Below, piece after piece: positions 1 through 8,657 of a stretch of 64,000 nt of DNA. Position 1 is the stretch's first letter, and every line of letters begins with the position of its first letter. This stretch comes from Promethearchaeota archaeon (lineage in GTDB: Archaea; Asgardarchaeota; Lokiarchaeia; Sigyniarchaeales; SOKP01): positions 64,001 to 128,000 of the forward strand of contig JBHLPW010000001.1 of NCBI GenBank assembly GCA_048939015.1, in the 5' to 3' direction. The position numbers were made by a program, and so were the translations under genes. Below the pieces are notes generated by a model that saw only the letters and a list, made by a program, of their open reading frames with translations, was not told where the DNA came from and did not search any database.

Positions 1-196
1 AACCTAAGATAAGTGTAGGATTTTTTTCTACAAGATCTATAATAAATAGGGGGAAAATACTCTGGATCGTCTCACTGGAGACATCAGTGAAAAACGATAC
101 TAGTCCCATAATAAAAACTGGAACTGATACCCCTAAAATCATTCTTTTTTTCTGAAAATTTTTTTTATTTAGATCATTATTTTCAGATCGGGACAT
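1..196 (-). CDS. MFS transporter, N-terminal part (runs off window start)
   Basis: Hand translation from ATG at 196: MSRSENNDLNKKNFQKKRMILGVSVPVFIMGLVSFFTDVSSETIQSIFPLFIIDLVEKNPTLILG; 'G.VSFFTD.SSE' is a typical MFS TM1 motif; not in ORF track. Confidence 0.75.
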   Translation of the reverse strand, partial: MSRSENNDLNKKNFQKKRMILGVSVPVFIMGLVSFFTDVSSETIQSIFPLFIIDLVEKNPTLILG

Positions 197-245
197 ATTT
201 GATCAGGTAAACCAATCATACGTTTATTATAATGAATTTATTTAA

Positions 246-273
246 TATCGATTACCGATATCGATAATCGATA
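246..273. promoter_or_regulatory. Candidate PadR operator: two overlapping TATCG-N5-CGATA palindromes
   Basis: tatcgattaccgata (246-260) and tatcgataatcgata (259-273); the whole 28 bp is palindromic with one mismatched pair; lies between divergent MFS and PadR genes. Confidence 0.7.
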
Positions 274-325
274 ATATTAAATTTGAGTGATAATTTATTA
301 ATATTATTAATTTTCTATTTTTTTA

Positions 326-658
326 ATGTATAAAATGAATCGAAAAATCAGATCGATAAATCCTTTAAGGAGATTTCAAAAGATTTCCATTTTAGTCTAT
401 ATATTGTATCATGCGAGTAAAGAACCATTCTATGGTTCTTGGTTAAAAAAGATATTAATTCAAAATGATTACAATATTTCTGATGGGACATTATATCCTT
501 GGTTGAATAGACTAACATTTTCAGGTCTTTTATCTTTAGAAGAACTAAATGTTAATGGAAAAATAAGGAAATATTATTCTCTCACAGAATTGGGAAAAAA
601 TCATTTTGAAAAAATTAAGGAGTATCTTAGAGAACTTTATAATGATGTTAAAAGCTAA
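326..658 (+). CDS. PadR-family transcriptional regulator
   Basis: ILYHASKEPFYG...ISDGTLYPWLNRL...GKIRKYYSLTELG is the PadR winged-helix signature. Confidence 0.9.
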   Translation: MYKMNRKIRSINPLRRFQKISILVYILYHASKEPFYGSWLKKILIQNDYNISDGTLYPWLNRLTFSGLLSLEELNVNGKIRKYYSLTELGKNHFEKIKEYLRELYNDVKS

Positions 659-774
659 TATAAATATAAAAATAGATTCCTCTGAATTAATCTCAACTTT
701 TCTATTTTTATATAAGTTTAATATAAGACAATAAATTTTTTATACTAAATAATAAAAAATTTTTAGTGATTCCA

Positions 775-1461
775 ATGTCAGATGAAAAAAAGACGTTAAA
801 TGTTATTGATAAGACGATTCATGCTGCTGAATCGAGTTTTAAGGAATTCATTGAAGTATTAGAAACCTCACGAAGCGCTTTATTAAACCTTGAAAACGAT
901 AAAATAGAATTAAGTAATATAAAAGAGACTCTTGAAAAGGAAAAAATACTTTTAGAAGAAGAAAAAGCTAAATTAGAAACTGAAAAACAACAACTAGAGA
1001 TCGATAAAAAAAAATTAGAAGAAGAAACAAAAAAACTTGAAATCGAGAAAAGTGAAAGAGATCAAAAGATAGGATCCCTAACAGAAGAGCAGATGAAACT
1101 ATTAGATGAGTACCAAAAAGTTAAGGTTGAATTGGAAAAATTTATGCAAGCTGCATCTGAAGCGGAAGAAGCGGAATATAATTTTGAGAAAGTTCGTGCA
1201 TTACTTTCAATTTATACAGTCTTAGTATCGGAAATATGGCAAGGACAACCACATTATAGAATTTTAATGACATTGCATGGAGAAAAGGAAGAAATGACAA
1301 GGGATCAAATAAAAACTACAACAGGAATTGGAGGGGCTTTTGTATTACATTCAGTCCAAGAATTAGCAAAAGTAGGGTTAGTGGAATATAACATGGATAC
1401 AAGTATGGTAAAATTAAAAAAACGTCTCTTTCCAAAAAAAGCTTTAGAGGAAAAAAAGTAA
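775..1461 (+). CDS. Long coiled-coil protein with C-terminal winged-helix-like domain
   Basis: Regular LExEK heptads; C-terminal HYRILMTLHG...TRDQIKTTTGIGGAFVLHSVQELAKVGLVEY is wHTH-like; ATG at 775 preferred over GTG at 766. Confidence 0.7.
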   Translation: MSDEKKTLNVIDKTIHAAESSFKEFIEVLETSRSALLNLENDKIELSNIKETLEKEKILLEEEKAKLETEKQQLEIDKKKLEEETKKLEIEKSERDQKIGSLTEEQMKLLDEYQKVKVELEKFMQAASEAEEAEYNFEKVRALLSIYTVLVSEIWQGQPHYRILMTLHGEKEEMTRDQIKTTTGIGGAFVLHSVQELAKVGLVEYNMDTSMVKLKKRLFPKKALEEKK

Positions 1462-1485
1462 TTTCTCAGATATTTCATTATTTTT

Positions 1486-2532
1486 TTATTTAGTTATAAC
1501 CATCTCGTGAAGTGTACTTCCTGTTTCTAATTCCGATTTTCCTTCAAATGATATATTAAGTTCAAATTTAGAGTTTAATCGAAAATAACCTGGTCTTAAT
1601 TTTAAAAGATTTTTAGCAAGAAAACGTGTAATGGGCCCAAATTCATAAAGTAAATTATCAGCATCTATGATTTCTTGAACCCTAAGAGTAATTTCATATT
1701 GATTTTCTACATTAAACCTTAAGAACTTTGGATAACTATTGTCCGCTTCATCATTATATTCAAAATTTTCTTGTATTAATTCGTATTCACCAGTACTAAG
1801 AATAATGCTTTCATTTTTAGCTAGCATTAAAACTTGTATTGGATAATTTTCCATTTTCTTGTTACATTTTATATAAGCAAAGATTACTGTATAATTCTCA
1901 GAATAAATCCTACCCCAGTACCAATAATCGATTATCATCGCAAAATTGAAATTTAACCAATTATGATCATGGTAACCAATACCTTGTACATGAATCGTTT
2001 CATTGTTAACCTTTATAGTTCCTTCAACGTCTGCTCGAGGTAGAGCTACGACCCAACCAAATTGATTTGACTTTCCGAACTCAATATATCCATTTCCAGG
2101 TTTCCAACCGTAGACCTTAGCCGTATATTTTAAATGAAATCCATACTCACCCTCATCAATAAAAACTTCATAGATGGGTAGTTCCTTATTTGAGTAATCA
2201 ACTTTAATATAATTCTTACCAATTCGCAAATCTGGAGTATCTTTCGAAGCCGTAAAATCTGAATGGAGATAATCAATTACATTCTGTATTTTTTCTCCAT
2301 CAGGTTTATATATCGTAACTTCTACTCCTGTTTTACCAGTTCGTTCATGTTTTGCTCGAAAAAACCCTACCACCGTATAACCATTATCAAGTCGAGCATC
2401 AAAATACCACCATTCTCGGGTTCCCTTCTTTTGCATATCAATGTGTAATGCATCATCTTTAGCTATGATTGGTTTAATTTGGCTATCCTTTCTACCTGGT
2501 CCTAACCAGGCTTCTATAATTTTTGAACTCAT
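1486..2532 (-). CDS. CrtC/AttH-like (lipocalin-like double beta-barrel) hydratase/cyclase family protein
   Basis: EWWYFDARLDNG and GIGYHDHNW motifs as in hydroxyneurosporene synthase/tocopherol-cyclase-like proteins. Confidence 0.7.
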   Translation of the reverse strand: MSSKIIEAWLGPGRKDSQIKPIIAKDDALHIDMQKKGTREWWYFDARLDNGYTVVGFFRAKHERTGKTGVEVTIYKPDGEKIQNVIDYLHSDFTASKDTPDLRIGKNYIKVDYSNKELPIYEVFIDEGEYGFHLKYTAKVYGWKPGNGYIEFGKSNQFGWVVALPRADVEGTIKVNNETIHVQGIGYHDHNWLNFNFAMIIDYWYWGRIYSENYTVIFAYIKCNKKMENYPIQVLMLAKNESIILSTGEYELIQENFEYNDEADNSYPKFLRFNVENQYEITLRVQEIIDADNLLYEFGPITRFLAKNLLKLRPGYFRLNSKFELNISFEGKSELETGSTLHEMVITK

Positions 2533-2574
2533 AATTATTCTTTTTCGTATTATTATTAATATTTAATATCCTTT

Positions 2575-2991
2575 TTACTCGCTATCACTTGTTAAAAATT
2601 TAAATATCTTTAATAAAATGAGTAATTTTCTAATCCCCCGCATTTTTACTTTACGGGTTAACCACAATTTCGCAACCCCTAGTAATGAAAGACGATTCAT
2701 AGCAATAGCAAGAAAAGTTTGTGTATCCATTTCTAAGAAGGCATTCCAGCCTATTTTTTGCTTTTTTAAATTTTCTTTTGGTTTGTTTGGAACACTCTCA
2801 ACTTTTATTACTCCCCTATCAATTACAATTATTGCGGCATGATTTAGATTGGAGGCGTTTAAGAGAATTTTAACGTGAATATTGCTAAATTTAATTTTAA
2901 ATTTTTCATTTTCATTTAGAGGTGTTAAAATACTATTGATAAGAACTGCAAAACCTCTTAATTTTTCATTCTCTTGGTTAGATTCTACCAT
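2575..2991 (-). CDS. SCP2 (sterol carrier protein-2)-like domain protein
   Basis: C-terminal AFLEMDTQTFLAIAMNRLSLLGVAKLWLTRKVKMRG matches SCP2 pattern; start moved to ATG 2991 to avoid overlap with upstream gene. Confidence 0.6.
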   Translation of the reverse strand: MVESNQENEKLRGFAVLINSILTPLNENEKFKIKFSNIHVKILLNASNLNHAAIIVIDRGVIKVESVPNKPKENLKKQKIGWNAFLEMDTQTFLAIAMNRLSLLGVAKLWLTRKVKMRGIRKLLILLKIFKFLTSDSE

Positions 2992-3016
2992 GATATTGAT
3001 CCTAATCAAAAAATTT

Positions 3017-4585
3017 TTATTTGGTTTTTGGTGAAATGTAAAATCCAGAATCTGATATATTATTTGGGTCAAAAGCTTCTTTAATTTTTCTTAACCATGT
3101 ATGGTAATTAGACATATGAGGGCCGAATAATTCATGCATACGTGTACCCTCTACGAAGAACGGAGCCCCGAGATGTTTTAATAAATCTAATTGGTTACTC
3201 TTCTCCATATATTCCGCCGTCCCTTTTACGCTGTGTTCTTTAGTTTGATCAAACATTGTAGGGGACTCCATATGAAAATAATGACCTGACTCATATGATG
3301 TCATCCAGGTTCCCTCTCCAAAATCATTTGCAATTACTTCTTTTTTGATAAAATCTTTTTTTAATGATATATTTGATTTAGTACTGCGAAGACATACTGC
3401 GGGAGTATCAGCAACTCCTTTTGACGATTGAAATCCTCCAGTAGCTATAAAACCATGTAATCCTAAATTTGAACGGAGGGCTTCAGCGTAGAAGATAGGA
3501 TTTGGTGTATATATCTTTCCAATAATATTATTTAATTTAAATTTCTGTAGTAGAGAATCCATTACTTTTTGTTTATAATCAAATTCTCCTTTGGTACGTG
3601 CAGCTATTATTACAACTATAGGTGCCTTCATCTGCCCTATTGGGATTTTATCCATTAAACTTTCAATAGAATTAGAAAAAATTGCCATTACAGCAAAACC
3701 CGATAAGAAACTGCACATGAAAGAAATTTCTTTTTCTTCTATTTTCAACATGACTTTTTCGACTTTATTGAAATTGCCACAATCCATAACATATAATTTC
3801 ATAAAATCAGGTGCTTCAAAATCATAGTTGGGAGAATATCCTTTAATATTAAAGTCTGTTTTACAAGGATAAGGAAAAAGTTTTACCGCGACTTTAGTAA
3901 ATACACCGAGACCTGATTTAGTACCAGCCCAACCTCTCATAATGCCACGTAAACTGGGTCCTGGTCCATCTCCATGAAAAAAATCTGGATTGTTTTTTAG
4001 ACCGAAAGCTCCTAATTTCATAATTTCTCCGTTTGGTAATACCCATTCAACAGCTAAAACGTTTCTGGAACTATGTCCCGTCGAAGGAGACGTAAAACCT
4101 GGACCGTTCATTGATGTTGCGCTAGCTAGAGGAGAAACTTGAGGTCCTGCACCAGGCATATGGCAATTAAGCCCATATTTCATTATTTCAACTTGTAGCT
4201 GAGACCCACTCACATAAGGTTCAACTACAGCATACAGGTTTTTTTCATCAATTTTCACAATTTTATTCATTCGACGTAGATCTAAAATAATAGAGTTATC
4301 TACAGAAGGTTGATTCCATGGGCCAAGTCCTGTACTTTGAGCTTTAAATGTAATACCGTATTTATTACATAATTTTATTATTTGTTGAACTTCTTCGGTA
4401 GTTGATGGTAAAATAACCGCTTTAGGAATTGGAGAAAAGGGAATTGGCTCTTTATCTTCCATATAATTAAAAATTTCCATACACCAGTTATATGCATATA
4501 CATTAGTCATAACTTCACTGTCGTCAATATATCCTACTCCAACTACATCCTCAAATTCTTTAAATTTTTCTTTCTCCAGAACCAT
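3017..4585 (-). CDS. FAD-binding oxidoreductase (VAO/PCMH, GlcD-like family)
   Basis: PKAVILPSTTEEVQQIIKLCN, LDLRRMNKI, AVVEPYV, C-terminal KIKEAFDPNN. Confidence 0.88.
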   Translation of the reverse strand: MVLEKEKFKEFEDVVGVGYIDDSEVMTNVYAYNWCMEIFNYMEDKEPIPFSPIPKAVILPSTTEEVQQIIKLCNKYGITFKAQSTGLGPWNQPSVDNSIILDLRRMNKIVKIDEKNLYAVVEPYVSGSQLQVEIMKYGLNCHMPGAGPQVSPLASATSMNGPGFTSPSTGHSSRNVLAVEWVLPNGEIMKLGAFGLKNNPDFFHGDGPGPSLRGIMRGWAGTKSGLGVFTKVAVKLFPYPCKTDFNIKGYSPNYDFEAPDFMKLYVMDCGNFNKVEKVMLKIEEKEISFMCSFLSGFAVMAIFSNSIESLMDKIPIGQMKAPIVVIIAARTKGEFDYKQKVMDSLLQKFKLNNIIGKIYTPNPIFYAEALRSNLGLHGFIATGGFQSSKGVADTPAVCLRSTKSNISLKKDFIKKEVIANDFGEGTWMTSYESGHYFHMESPTMFDQTKEHSVKGTAEYMEKSNQLDLLKHLGAPFFVEGTRMHELFGPHMSNYHTWLRKIKEAFDPNNISDSGFYISPKTK

Positions 4586-5890
4586 TTAAGCTGCCTCACC
4601 TACAGATTCCTTAATTGATTTCTTTTGTGACCTGATCGCCATTAACAATAACTCACTTATATCATAAAACTTCAAATTAGACCCTTTTTCAGTAATACCA
4701 TCTTTTAAATTTGTAGAACAAAAAGGACAAGCAGAAATTAATGCTTCTGCTCCTGTATCCTCTGCTTCTTCAATCCTTTTCTTAGCAGTATTAATCGCAA
4801 ATTCTGGAAATGCTGATTTTACACCTCCTCCTGCACCACAACAATAAGAATACTCTTTTATTCTTTCCATTTCAACGAAATTAAGGCCTGGTATTTTATT
4901 TAACAAATCTCTTGGAGAATCATATATACCATATTTTCCACATCTTTTAGGTTTTTCAGGCATATTAATAGATACAAGAGGCATCATTTGCAATGAATCT
5001 CCATCCCATTCTTCATATGGCTCACAATTACGTCCTAAATGGCAAGGATCATGATAAGTAACTTTAAATGGTATTTCCTTTGTTAATTTTAATTGTTCAT
5101 TATCGAGTAATTCATTGAATAATTCTGAAGTATGAAGTACCTTAAAATCATAATTCCGTTCTAAAGGATAATCGACTTTAAATGTATCATAACATCCAGC
5201 ACAACTAAAAACCACAGTTTCTATTTTTTCTTTTTCGATTATTTCAATATTTTTGTTCAATTGGTCTATAAATGAATTTTTATCTCCTGTTCTTAAAATT
5301 GGACTTCCACAACAAAACTCATTTTTACTTAGAATTTTAAATGGATAGTTTGCAGCATTCAATACTCGTGCTGTAGCAATTGCTATTTCTTTTCTTCTGT
5401 AGGATGATGTACATCCCACAAAATAGAGCGTTTTTGCTTTAGGATCGATTTTAATATCAGTTGGTAACCATTCTACCCGTTTTTCATGAGGTTCATTATA
5501 TGGATTATTTTTATTTTTTATAGATCCAATATATTGTTGCTGTTTAGGCATTGGTCCATATCCAGAAGAGACTAATTTTTCTCTAAGTTTAGTAATAATT
5601 TCAAGTGGTTCCAAAGTATTTAGAAACTTACAGGAAATAGCACAACCTCCACATTCAGTGCATTTATAAACAATTTCGATTAATTCTTTGGAGGGTTCAA
5701 GGCGTCCCATCTCTAACGCTAAAGCAATAATTATACGTCCACCCCCACTATATGCATGGTAATTGTACATATCTATCGAAGGACAAATAGTTGCATATTT
5801 CTGACTCTTAATTTGCAGTTGTGGTATCCATTTACATATAGAACAACGTAAGCAGCGTTTAATCATTTGGTTATATTCAGATTCATTCAA
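4586..5890 (-). CDS. HdrD/GlpC-like (Fe-S)-binding protein with two CCG domains
   Basis: CLRCSIC and CTECGGCAISC ferredoxin motifs; FCCG; YHDPCHLGR; CCGAGGG; ACPFC; TTG start. Confidence 0.9.
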   Translation of the reverse strand: MNESEYNQMIKRCLRCSICKWIPQLQIKSQKYATICPSIDMYNYHAYSGGGRIIIALALEMGRLEPSKELIEIVYKCTECGGCAISCKFLNTLEPLEIITKLREKLVSSGYGPMPKQQQYIGSIKNKNNPYNEPHEKRVEWLPTDIKIDPKAKTLYFVGCTSSYRRKEIAIATARVLNAANYPFKILSKNEFCCGSPILRTGDKNSFIDQLNKNIEIIEKEKIETVVFSCAGCYDTFKVDYPLERNYDFKVLHTSELFNELLDNEQLKLTKEIPFKVTYHDPCHLGRNCEPYEEWDGDSLQMMPLVSINMPEKPKRCGKYGIYDSPRDLLNKIPGLNFVEMERIKEYSYCCGAGGGVKSAFPEFAINTAKKRIEEAEDTGAEALISACPFCSTNLKDGITEKGSNLKFYDISELLLMAIRSQKKSIKESVGEAA

Positions 5891-6036
5891 TAAAGTAAAA
5901 AATCCCCTTTTTATAAAATATTTAACAAATGCTTGAAATCAAAAGTGATTAATCAAATAAAATGGTATCTATAAAAATCTTATCGCTTTTACTTTTAAAT
6001 ATCAAGCTATAAAGAATTGGTATTTAAGGTTTATAT

Positions 6037-6921
6037 TTAAACAATTTGAGAAAGTTCGTCCCAATATTGTTTTATATTCCATTCTCTTTTTGTCTTTATA
6101 TTTAAAGCAATCTTTTTTAAGATGTCTCTGATTCTTTCTGAGTTCAGATAATGAAAGTTTGGGGTTATAGCACATACCATAAATGTTCCTTTTCCACTTT
6201 TGGGAGCAATTATTGAATTTTCTTCCATTTTATCTATTAAACCATACGCATCAATCAGATCCTTAACAATCCTCATAATAAATTGGTTTTTTTCGAGAAC
6301 TTGTTCAAACTCATATATTTTTATTAGAGTTGAATACAATTGAGTAGTAAGTTCTTCAAGATTAAGTGATGGAATTAGATTTTTTGGAAAATAATCCAAT
6401 ATTACTGGTCCTTTTCCATCATCCCAACTCATATAAAAAAGATAATAAAAGTCAGCTTTACTACGTGCTTCAAGAGATGGTTCCTCATACTTTAAAATGT
6501 CCTTTAGCTTTTCCTCAAGTATTTTTGAGCTTTTTTTAATTTCTCTACTTTCTTTAATTTTTTTTGATATTTTTTCCAATAAAGCCATAGGGCTAAAAGG
6601 TTTTGTAATATAATCATCTGCTCCAAGCATTTTTCCAAATCTGACATCATCAGGTTCTACTTTACCAGATAAAAAGAAAAATGGAATTCTTGACCATTCT
6701 GTATTTTCGGAAACCTTCATATAAAAGTCATAGCCATCCATTATTGGCATTAGAATGTCACTTATTATAATATCAGGAGGATGATCTAAATTTGAAAGAA
6801 CTTCCAGCGCTTTTTTACCATTTATAGCTGTTATCAAATCATAATCATTCATTTCTAGAAATATTTTGAAATTCGTTACAAGAACTTCATCATCTTCAAC
6901 CAAGAATACGAGAGGGTTCAT
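6037..6921 (-). CDS. Response regulator receiver fused to C-terminal longin/uDENN-like domain
   Basis: REC: FLVEDD, SDILMPIMDG (phosphoacceptor Asp), FLSGK, KPF. C-terminal LFYMSWDDGKGPVILDYFP motif; start set at ATG 6921. Confidence 0.8.
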   Translation of the reverse strand: MNPLVFLVEDDEVLVTNFKIFLEMNDYDLITAINGKKALEVLSNLDHPPDIIISDILMPIMDGYDFYMKVSENTEWSRIPFFFLSGKVEPDDVRFGKMLGADDYITKPFSPMALLEKISKKIKESREIKKSSKILEEKLKDILKYEEPSLEARSKADFYYLFYMSWDDGKGPVILDYFPKNLIPSLNLEELTTQLYSTLIKIYEFEQVLEKNQFIMRIVKDLIDAYGLIDKMEENSIIAPKSGKGTFMVCAITPNFHYLNSERIRDILKKIALNIKTKREWNIKQYWDELSQIV

Positions 6922-7074
6922 TATTAAAAACTCGTCTAAAAGATATTGATAATTTTGATACTCTCTTATAATAAAACTAGAGATATTTAATATTTTTGAA
7001 ATCGAAAATAAAGCCAAACTCAATCTAATTTTTGTCAAAAAGTTTCTAAATAGAAATAAGGAAATTTAATTAAT

Positions 7075-8541
7075 TTACGGATCAAAACATAACACTCCAG
7101 GATTTAACACATTATTAGGATCGAATATTTTTTTCACTTTTTTTAAAGCCATTTGGACGTTATCTTCTTGTCTCTTAAAAACCTCCTTTGACCAAACACC
7201 ATAAGGACGATTAAAAAATGCTCCTGAATCCATTAAATCGATACTAATTTTAGCATACTTTTCTTTTATTAAACTTGACTCGATCTTATTATTTGGGTCG
7301 TAAAAAAGATCAAATTCACAATGATATGAGGTTCCTTGATTTATTGCTTGAATATATATACCAACATCATCAGAAATTTCATTCTGAACCTTACTGATAA
7401 ATTTATGAATTCTCTCATAATTCGTGATAAAGAAAATATCTTGAAAGCCACCTTTTAATCTATTTCGCCATGAGTATAAAGTAGGTTCATTTAAAGCATG
7501 AATAATTTCACTTTTACTGATTGGGCTTTCTTTTTTTAACAAATAGTTGAGTTTAAGATCTTCAATCATTTGAAATATATCATCTTCTTGATAAGATATT
7601 TTATCATTTGCTAAACTACCACGACCAGCTAAAACAAAAATTAAGTTCCATTCAGCTAATGAATTTTTTAAATGTTCTATTTGGTCTAAATCTTTCTCAA
7701 CTAAACATGCAATGTTAATATTATTGAGAATTAATATTTCATCTCCTAATCGGTATTTTAATAATTGATGTTGAAGATTTAATAAATCTAGAAGATTTTC
7801 TGATTGAAGATGAAAAACTTTTTGAATTGTAGGTTTTAATTCTAATTTTAAGGTCGCCCATGTAACTATTCCCAGACTTCCTTGAGCACCTTGTATTAAT
7901 CTATAAGGACTAAATTGTGTTGGCCCCATTGGATTAACTTGTGCTTGACCGGATTTTTTTTGTTGCTTAATGGATCCAGGACCTGCGGCAGTACCAGTCC
8001 TAAAAAGATCTCCTGTACCAAAAACAACCTCAGTACACAATAATGGATCGGAACTATCCCATTGATAACGAGGAATTGTAGTTGGGGATCTTTCAAGAGC
8101 TGCTGTTAGAATAGATTTATCCTCTCGTGGAAGGAGAGGTAACAATAGCCGTAAACCTTTCTTTTGAAGGATCAGAAGTAATTGTCCAAATGTAACACCG
8201 GGTTCAATCATTATAACTCTATTTTTTCTATCAATACTTAAGATTTTGTTCATTCGGGAAAGGTCAATAATAATACAGTTACCTTTTTGCGGAATTGTGT
8301 CTCCATGATAACGTTCAGGGGAACTTGAGCTCACTGGAATAACTGAAAATTCTAATGAATTAGCTAATTTTATGACTTTTTCAATTTGTTTTGTTTTATA
8401 TAGCCATATTACATATATTGGTTTTGTACCTTTAACAAAACTTAAATCAGCAGAATAATCATCTAACAAATCTGGATCATTTGAAATATTCTTAGAACCA
8501 CAAATTTTAACTAATTCCTGAAATATATGTTCTTCATTCAT
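7075..8541 (-). CDS. FAD-binding oxidoreductase (VAO/PCMH family), second paralog
   Basis: IDLSRMNKI, MIEPGVTFGQL, GAQGSLGIVT, KKIFDPNNVLNPG; start at ATG 8541. Confidence 0.88.
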   Translation of the reverse strand: MNEEHIFQELVKICGSKNISNDPDLLDDYSADLSFVKGTKPIYVIWLYKTKQIEKVIKLANSLEFSVIPVSSSSPERYHGDTIPQKGNCIIIDLSRMNKILSIDRKNRVIMIEPGVTFGQLLLILQKKGLRLLLPLLPREDKSILTAALERSPTTIPRYQWDSSDPLLCTEVVFGTGDLFRTGTAAGPGSIKQQKKSGQAQVNPMGPTQFSPYRLIQGAQGSLGIVTWATLKLELKPTIQKVFHLQSENLLDLLNLQHQLLKYRLGDEILILNNINIACLVEKDLDQIEHLKNSLAEWNLIFVLAGRGSLANDKISYQEDDIFQMIEDLKLNYLLKKESPISKSEIIHALNEPTLYSWRNRLKGGFQDIFFITNYERIHKFISKVQNEISDDVGIYIQAINQGTSYHCEFDLFYDPNNKIESSLIKEKYAKISIDLMDSGAFFNRPYGVWSKEVFKRQEDNVQMALKKVKKIFDPNNVLNPGVLCFDP

Positions 8542-8657
8542 AATTAAAAAGTATGAAAGCAAATCTTTTCTTCTAAAAATATTTCTCTCTATTAAGATAT
8601 TACCATTTATAATAAAATGAATTTGAAATTTGGTAAAAAAAGAGAACTAAAAAGCTA

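Noticed and set aside
6922-7038. N-terminal extensions in the ORF track (also 2992-3072, 8542-8562, 40414-40461, 42874-42927, 44209-44235, 59299-59346)
   Set aside because: Extensions precede the recognisable domain start, cover promoter or operator sequence, or overlap neighbours; downstream ATGs fit better
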